Positions 59,012 through 64,000 of a stretch of 64,000 bases of DNA are shown piece after piece. A program made the position numbers and the translations under genes. The stretch is from Promethearchaeota archaeon (GTDB lineage: Archaea > Asgardarchaeota > Lokiarchaeia > Sigyniarchaeales > SOKP01). The notes beneath the pieces are model-generated. The model did not search any database. It saw only the letters and a program-made list of their open reading frames with translations, and had not been told where the DNA came from. The number at the start of each line of letters is the position of its first letter. Position 1 is the stretch's first letter. The stretch spans positions 74,680 through 138,679 of the forward strand of contig JAEOSU010000032.1 in NCBI GenBank assembly GCA_016840165.1. Reading direction: 5' to 3'.

Positions 59012-59752
59012 TTACGATATTTGCCCATAGCATACTACTGTGTCATATTCTAATTTAATCAAACCTTCTTCTTGATACCTTTCAAACAATTCTTTAACCT
59101 CTTCCATCATTTCATCGAAATTAGGTTCATGAGCTAGTGGAATATAAGAGGAGGAGAGTACTCTTCCCAAAAATGAATCAAAATCCACTAACTGGGAATT
59201 GTAAAATACTTTTCTTTTATATTTGAAAAAAAGGTCTATATTCTTCTCTTGTTTCATAATTTCTTTATAATCTTTACCATATTTTAAGACAAACTGCTCA
59301 TAATCCATTTGCAAACCAGGGTTTGTTTTTTTTCTTAAATTCCATATTAAAATTGCATAACCCGAAGATTTGAGAATTCTTATAAATTCCTTTTTAGCTT
59401 TACTGACATCAAACCAATGAAATGCTTGACCAGCAGTTATTAAATCTACACTATTATCCTTAAGCCTTGTATTTTCAGCACTTCCATCAATACTTATGAA
59501 CTTTTTATAACTTTTAAGTATAGCTTCAGCAGCTTCTCTCATTTCATTATTAGGTTCTATCCCATATACTTTGTTTCCATTTTCTAAGAAAAGTTGACTT
59601 AAAATACCCGTTCCTGAACCTATGTCTGCGATGATCGAATCTTTTGACAAAATACTCTTACTCGTTAAAAATTCAATAATAGCTGAAGGGTATCTCGGTC
59701 GATATTTTACATAATTCTCTACTCTAGAAGAAAAACGTATCTTTGGGTCCAT
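59012..59752 (-). CDS. Class I SAM-dependent methyltransferase
   Basis: RFSSRVENYVKYRPRYP, ADIGSGTG, AGQAFHWF. Likely start is ATG 59752; the 59857 start would overlap the aconitase gene. Confidence 0.85.
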   Translation of the reverse strand: MDPKIRFSSRVENYVKYRPRYPSAIIEFLTSKSILSKDSIIADIGSGTGILSQLFLENGNKVYGIEPNNEMREAAEAILKSYKKFISIDGSAENTRLKDNSVDLITAGQAFHWFDVSKAKKEFIRILKSSGYAILIWNLRKKTNPGLQMDYEQFVLKYGKDYKEIMKQEKNIDLFFKYKRKVFYNSQLVDFDSFLGRVLSSSYIPLAHEPNFDEMMEEVKELFERYQEEGLIKLEYDTVVCYGQIS

Positions 59753-59846
59753 AAAAAAATTTTTATTATTCATTTTTAATATCATAACGAAGAGCTTTAT
59801 AGAAAATATAAAAAAGAAAAGTAAAAAGTGATTTGCTTTTGAATTC

Positions 59847-61775
59847 CTACTTTGCATATTTTTGTTTAATAAGAGTAAGTTTTCCGCCTGCTTTTAGTTC
59901 TTTTAGATCGGTTTCGCTCAAGGAATGAGTGAGTTCAAATTCTTTATTTTTAGTCAGATTTTTCAGAACGGCTTTACCCGAATCCAACATAGATAGATCG
60001 ATTTCGAACTTATCTCCTTGATCAATCTTATCATAGTCCTCTTTATTAACAAAAGTTAAAGGCACAATTCCAAAGTTTACAAGATTAGCAAGATGAATTC
60101 GAGCGAAAGATTTAACGATCACAGCTTTAATTCCAAGATATTTTGGTGCGATTGCCGCATGTTCCCTACTAGATCCTTGTCCATAATTCTCTCCACCTAC
60201 GATAAAACCTCCTCCAAGTTCCAAGGATCGATCATGGAATTGCTCATCAATTACATTAAATACAAACTTGCTAATTTCTGGAATATTTGATCGTAGTGGG
60301 AGAATTTTTGCTCCGGCAGGCATGATGTGATCAGTGGTAATATCATCCTCAACCTTCAGTAAAACTTCTCCTTCTAATTTATCGGGAATCGGATTAAACT
60401 CAGGAAGCGGTTTAATATTTGGACCTCTTATGATTTCAACTTTCTTAGCCTCTTCTGGAAGTAAAGGTGGAATAATCATATTATCATTTACCATAAATTT
60501 CTTTGGCATATCGAATTTTGGTAATTTCCCAAATTTACGTGGATCAGTGATTTTTCCTTCAATTGCTGCCATTGCTGCTGTCTCAGGACTAACTAAATAT
60601 GCGTTTGCACTTTTAGTCCCTGAACGACCTAAAAAGTTTCTGTTGAAAGTCCTCAAAGATATAGCGTTAGACTTTGGAGCTAGGCCCTGTCCAAGGCATG
60701 GACCACATGCATTCTCTAAGATTCTTGCTCCAGCTTCCACTAGATATGCCATCTCACCAGAACGAATCATATGGTCAACTACTTGACGTGAACCCGGAGA
60801 AATTGTTAATACTGTATGTTCATTGATTGTTTTACCTTTTAACATATGAGCTGCTATTTTAAGATCACGTAGAGAAGAGTTTGTGCAACTACCAATGCAT
60901 ACTTGATCTACATTGAGCCCTTCTAACTCTTTAACAGTCTTTACATTTCCAGGGCTATGTGGTTCGGCAATAAGCGGTTCTAATTCGCTTAAATTGATTT
61001 TAATGGTTTCATCATAAACTGCATCCTCATCGGGCATGATTTCTTCCCATTCACCTTCTCTTTCTTGAGCTATCAAGAATTCTCTTGTGATTTCATCCGA
61101 TGGAAATATACTTGTTGTGGCTCCTGTCTCTGTCCCCATATTAGTTATGGTCCCTCTCTCTGGAACGGTGAGCGTTTTTATACCTGGGCCCACATATTCT
61201 AATACTTTATTTACTGCACCCTTGACTCCAATTCGCCTTAAAACTTCTAATATTACATCCTTCGCTGAGACAAAATCAGGCAATTCTCCTTTTAAATAAA
61301 CCTCTACGATTTTTGGCATTTTTAGACGAAAAAACTCTCCAGACATGGCTGCAGCAACGTCTAAGCCACCTGCTCCTATCGCAATCATCCCAACGCCACC
61401 ACCTGTAGGTGTATGTGAATCGCTTCCTAAGAGCGTCTTTCCTGGACGAGCAAATCGTTCAAGATGAACTTGATGACAAATACCATTTCCAGGGCGAGAA
61501 AAATAAAGGCCATACTTAGCCGCGATACTTTGAAGGTAACGATGATCATCTGGGTTTTTAAAATCCGTTTGAAGAGTGTTATGATCAACATAACTCACTG
61601 AAAGTTCTGTTTGTACACGTGGAACCCCCATCGCTTCAAATTGTAAATATGCCATCGTTCCTGTCGCATCTTGGGTAAGAGTCTGGTCAATCTTGATTGC
61701 TATATCAGTTCCTCGTTCCAAAGTTCCCTGAACTAGATGCCTTTCAATAATTTTTTCAGTTAGTGTTTTTCCCAT
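59847..61775 (-). CDS. acn: Aconitate hydratase (short single-chain type)
   Basis: QDATG, VDHN, GICHQVH, SDSHT, IGSCTN, CGPCLG, TFNRNF.GR, TTDHI.PAG, GSSREHAA. Confidence 0.9.
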   Translation of the reverse strand: MGKTLTEKIIERHLVQGTLERGTDIAIKIDQTLTQDATGTMAYLQFEAMGVPRVQTELSVSYVDHNTLQTDFKNPDDHRYLQSIAAKYGLYFSRPGNGICHQVHLERFARPGKTLLGSDSHTPTGGGVGMIAIGAGGLDVAAAMSGEFFRLKMPKIVEVYLKGELPDFVSAKDVILEVLRRIGVKGAVNKVLEYVGPGIKTLTVPERGTITNMGTETGATTSIFPSDEITREFLIAQEREGEWEEIMPDEDAVYDETIKINLSELEPLIAEPHSPGNVKTVKELEGLNVDQVCIGSCTNSSLRDLKIAAHMLKGKTINEHTVLTISPGSRQVVDHMIRSGEMAYLVEAGARILENACGPCLGQGLAPKSNAISLRTFNRNFLGRSGTKSANAYLVSPETAAMAAIEGKITDPRKFGKLPKFDMPKKFMVNDNMIIPPLLPEEAKKVEIIRGPNIKPLPEFNPIPDKLEGEVLLKVEDDITTDHIMPAGAKILPLRSNIPEISKFVFNVIDEQFHDRSLELGGGFIVGGENYGQGSSREHAAIAPKYLGIKAVIVKSFARIHLANLVNFGIVPLTFVNKEDYDKIDQGDKFEIDLSMLDSGKAVLKNLTKNKEFELTHSLSETDLKELKAGGKLTLIKQKYAK

Positions 61776-61950
61776 TTTTTTCCAACAATTTGAATAATTT
61801 ATCTCTTTTCTTACTAAGTAAGGTATAAAATTAATTAAAAAGTAAATGTTATTAAAGTTTACTTTTGGATTTTCTAAATTTTCCGCCGATATTTTTATCC
61901 TAAATTAGTAGTAGAGCTTCATAATTCTTTAGGAATATTAAAATCCATAT

Positions 61951-63165
61951 TCAATAACATCTATTCACACACTTATACGATATTATAACTGATAATATCA
62001 TTAATGCGATTATTAGATAAAATGGAGCCAGTATATTAATTTCACCTATGACACTGAAGATCATCGGAGCCAAAGCACCAAAGAAAAAACCAATTGCATT
62101 ATTGAATCCTATTCCTGAACCTTTTAATTCAGGGTTAATATCTTCAATTATTTCTAATAGTAATGTATTTCCTGCAGGATCGAATAAGGCTATTCCTATA
62201 CCGATAATTGCGCAAAGAACCACAAATATTATTATATTATAAATTAAAATGTCAATAAAAAACGGGATTCCAAAAATAATGACGATAGATTGACCAATTA
62301 TCATCATTTTTCTAGACCCTTGCTTATCAATTACTCTACTAGAAAAAAATACAAAAAAAACATATAAAGCAACAATCCCAATCAAAATATAACTAGTTTG
62401 GATTTCATCCAAAAGAAATTGTACTTGAAGAACCCAAATTAAATAAACAACAATTCCACCAAACAAAAACCATCTTACACAGTTTAATGTAACAGAAAAT
62501 TTAAATTGATTATTCTTAAATAAGATTTTGATATTATTGAGATTAAATGACATATTACTTCTTTCATGATTGCTACTCATTACGTTTGGGTTATTTTTAT
62601 CTTTTAATGCGATAATTAAGAAAATAGCAATTAAGGATATTAAAAAACCTGAAATAGAAAATATATTTCTAAAACCTAAATAACTTGAAATATATCCTCC
62701 GATAAAAATGCCTCCAAAATAGCCTATATTCATTGCTAATGAATAATATCCCATTCCCTTACCATGTTGTTCCTTTTCGAAAATATCGCCAATAATTGCT
62801 TGTAAGATTGATGTAAATGCCCCTATTCCTTGAATCGCTCGATAAATTATTAATTGAAATATATCTTGTGCGAAAAAACACAAGAAGGTACCAATAATAT
62901 AGATAGTTATTCCAATAATTACAATTTTTCGCCTTCCAAATCTATCTGTAGCAAATGCATAAGGAAATTGAAAGATGGATTGAGTTATTGAAAAGATACC
63001 GATAATTATTCCATAAGAAGTAAGTGAACCAGCTAAACTTAAAACAAAAGAAGGTAAGCCCATATCAATGATACTAATTCCAAGACTTCTAAAAGCTACA
63101 GCCATTAAAACTGCAATAAGAAGAATTTTCACTTGCTTATGGTATGGCTTAACTAGAGAAGTCAT
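61951..63165 (-). CDS. MFS transporter
   Basis: ATDRFGRRK (motif A), YRAIQGIG; about 12 TM helices. Confidence 0.88.
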   Translation of the reverse strand: MTSLVKPYHKQVKILLIAVLMAVAFRSLGISIIDMGLPSFVLSLAGSLTSYGIIIGIFSITQSIFQFPYAFATDRFGRRKIVIIGITIYIIGTFLCFFAQDIFQLIIYRAIQGIGAFTSILQAIIGDIFEKEQHGKGMGYYSLAMNIGYFGGIFIGGYISSYLGFRNIFSISGFLISLIAIFLIIALKDKNNPNVMSSNHERSNMSFNLNNIKILFKNNQFKFSVTLNCVRWFLFGGIVVYLIWVLQVQFLLDEIQTSYILIGIVALYVFFVFFSSRVIDKQGSRKMMIIGQSIVIIFGIPFFIDILIYNIIIFVVLCAIIGIGIALFDPAGNTLLLEIIEDINPELKGSGIGFNNAIGFFFGALAPMIFSVIGEINILAPFYLIIALMILSVIISYKCVNRCY

Positions 63166-63443
63166 ATAATACCCCTAAATAGAGCTTGTTTATTTTGGAA
63201 ATTAAAAAAGAAATATAAAATTATTTAGCAGAAGCTAAATAAGCTAAAATTTAAATAGCTGTGTTGTCTCTGGAGCCAGTGAGGTAGAACAAAAATGGAA
63301 AATTCTCAGTATGATATTCTTTTTATAATGGATAATATATGTGCCTTCAATATTTTAGATGCTTATTTTAGACTCAAACACTTATCAGAAAAAAACTCAT
63401 CGAATTTTGTAAAGAAAGGAATTATTAAAAAGAGAGTAAAGAA

Positions 63444-63890
63444 ATGAATGGGATTGATTTAAAGAAAATAAAAAAACCAAAAGATTTTACTGAAGAGGAA
63501 TTTGATACTTTTAAAGAAAAATTGAGTGCATTTAAACCTCTAAACGATAAAGAATGGGAATTATTCATCAAATTAAAAGATGAAATTGATAAGGACTCTC
63601 ACATTATCGGAGTGAATTTCTATAGCAAGACAATAAATTTTGTTAAGACTGAAGATGGTTGGAAAGGAATCTCGGAGGCTCGATTTGAACGAATGAGAAC
63701 TAACTATAATAAATTACATCGAATTGAACCAACAAAAGAGATTCGAGTAGAACCTTTTGGCAAAACAGAAGTGATTTGGTGTTGTCTCATTTTTATATTT
63801 ATAATAGCTCTTATTCTCTTATTCATATTTATCATAAATGTAATTGAATGGGAACGGTTTTGGGATATTGTTTTTAGAAATGTTTACTAA
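63444..63890 (+). CDS. Hypothetical protein with a single C-terminal TM helix
   Basis: Charged N-terminal part followed by WCCLIFIFIIALILLFIFII near the C-terminus. Confidence 0.6.
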   Translation: MNGIDLKKIKKPKDFTEEEFDTFKEKLSAFKPLNDKEWELFIKLKDEIDKDSHIIGVNFYSKTINFVKTEDGWKGISEARFERMRTNYNKLHRIEPTKEIRVEPFGKTEVIWCCLIFIFIIALILLFIFIINVIEWERFWDIVFRNVY

Positions 63891-63954
63891 AAAATCTAGA
63901 AGTAAGAAAAAAGAATAAAAATAAGATTCTTTATTAAATAATTGATGAAAGAAA

Positions 63955-64000
63955 ATGAGTGAGAAAAAGAATTATGATGTTCTTCTCGTAAATGATGAGC
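63955..64000 (+). CDS. Start of a probable response-regulator receiver domain, truncated by the window end
   Basis: MSEKKNYDVLLVNDE resembles the receiver beta-1 motif (ILLVDDE); only 15 codons are visible. Confidence 0.4.
   Translation, partial: MSEKKNYDVLLVNDE

Noticed and set aside
382-62242. Numerous 60-150 aa ORFs antisense to or nested in long genes (e.g. 10235..10633, 35322..35690, 60334..60786)
   Set aside because: Shadow ORFs of well-supported genes, with no motifs of their own.
63170-63440. Possible small RNA or ORF in the MFS/hypothetical intergenic region (short GC-richer patch, AGCTAAA tandem)
   Set aside because: No convincing ORF, stem or known motif.
1-64000. Selenocysteine or pyrrolysine read-through genes
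   Set aside because: Recognised enzymes are full length, and no in-frame TGA/TAG was seen splitting a conserved domain. The TGA at 38191-38193 is part of an SD upstream of the gene.
1-64000. CRISPR arrays, tRNA/rRNA, intact transposases or prophage genes
   Set aside because: No regularly spaced repeats, GC-rich cloverleaf or rRNA-like segments, or transposase/capsid ORFs were seen by eye.

Overview
AT-rich, gene-dense chromosomal window from an anaerobic archaeon, most likely Asgard/Lokiarchaeia. That assignment is an inference from GGTGA-type ribosome-binding sites, oligo-T terminators, HTH_10, stand-alone Lrp-RAM and wHTH regulators, a tungsten AOR and a metamonad-like OTC. No rRNA, tRNA, CRISPR array or intact mobile element was seen. 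There are three metabolic blocks. (1) 0.3-13.5 kb: a nearly complete lysine fermentation pathway (kat, kce, kdd, kamA, kamB, kamD, kamE) using the rare aminotransferase (Kat) branch instead of Kal. It is interrupted by a tyrosine-integrase remnant, an acyltransferase, a methyltransferase and a 2xZIP/DtxR-like cassette. (2) 16.5-35 kb: an arginine/ornithine/proline catabolic island with an ArcE-like arginine synthetase instead of arginine deiminase, a Giardia-type OTC, carbamate kinase, RocD, ALDH, AOR and a fused proline-dehydrogenase-like flavo-FeS complex. It also holds two unusual transporter architectures: a DMT/EamA transporter fused to an Lrp-RAM domain next to a stand-alone RAM protein, and a CDF protein with two winged-helix domains. 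(3) 47-62 kb: aclB-aclA-idh plus aconitase and fumC. The best candidates for an undescribed system are the DMT-RAM + free-RAM pair and the ArcE-AOR-PDH operon. All family assignments come from motif recognition and recall; no database search was run.
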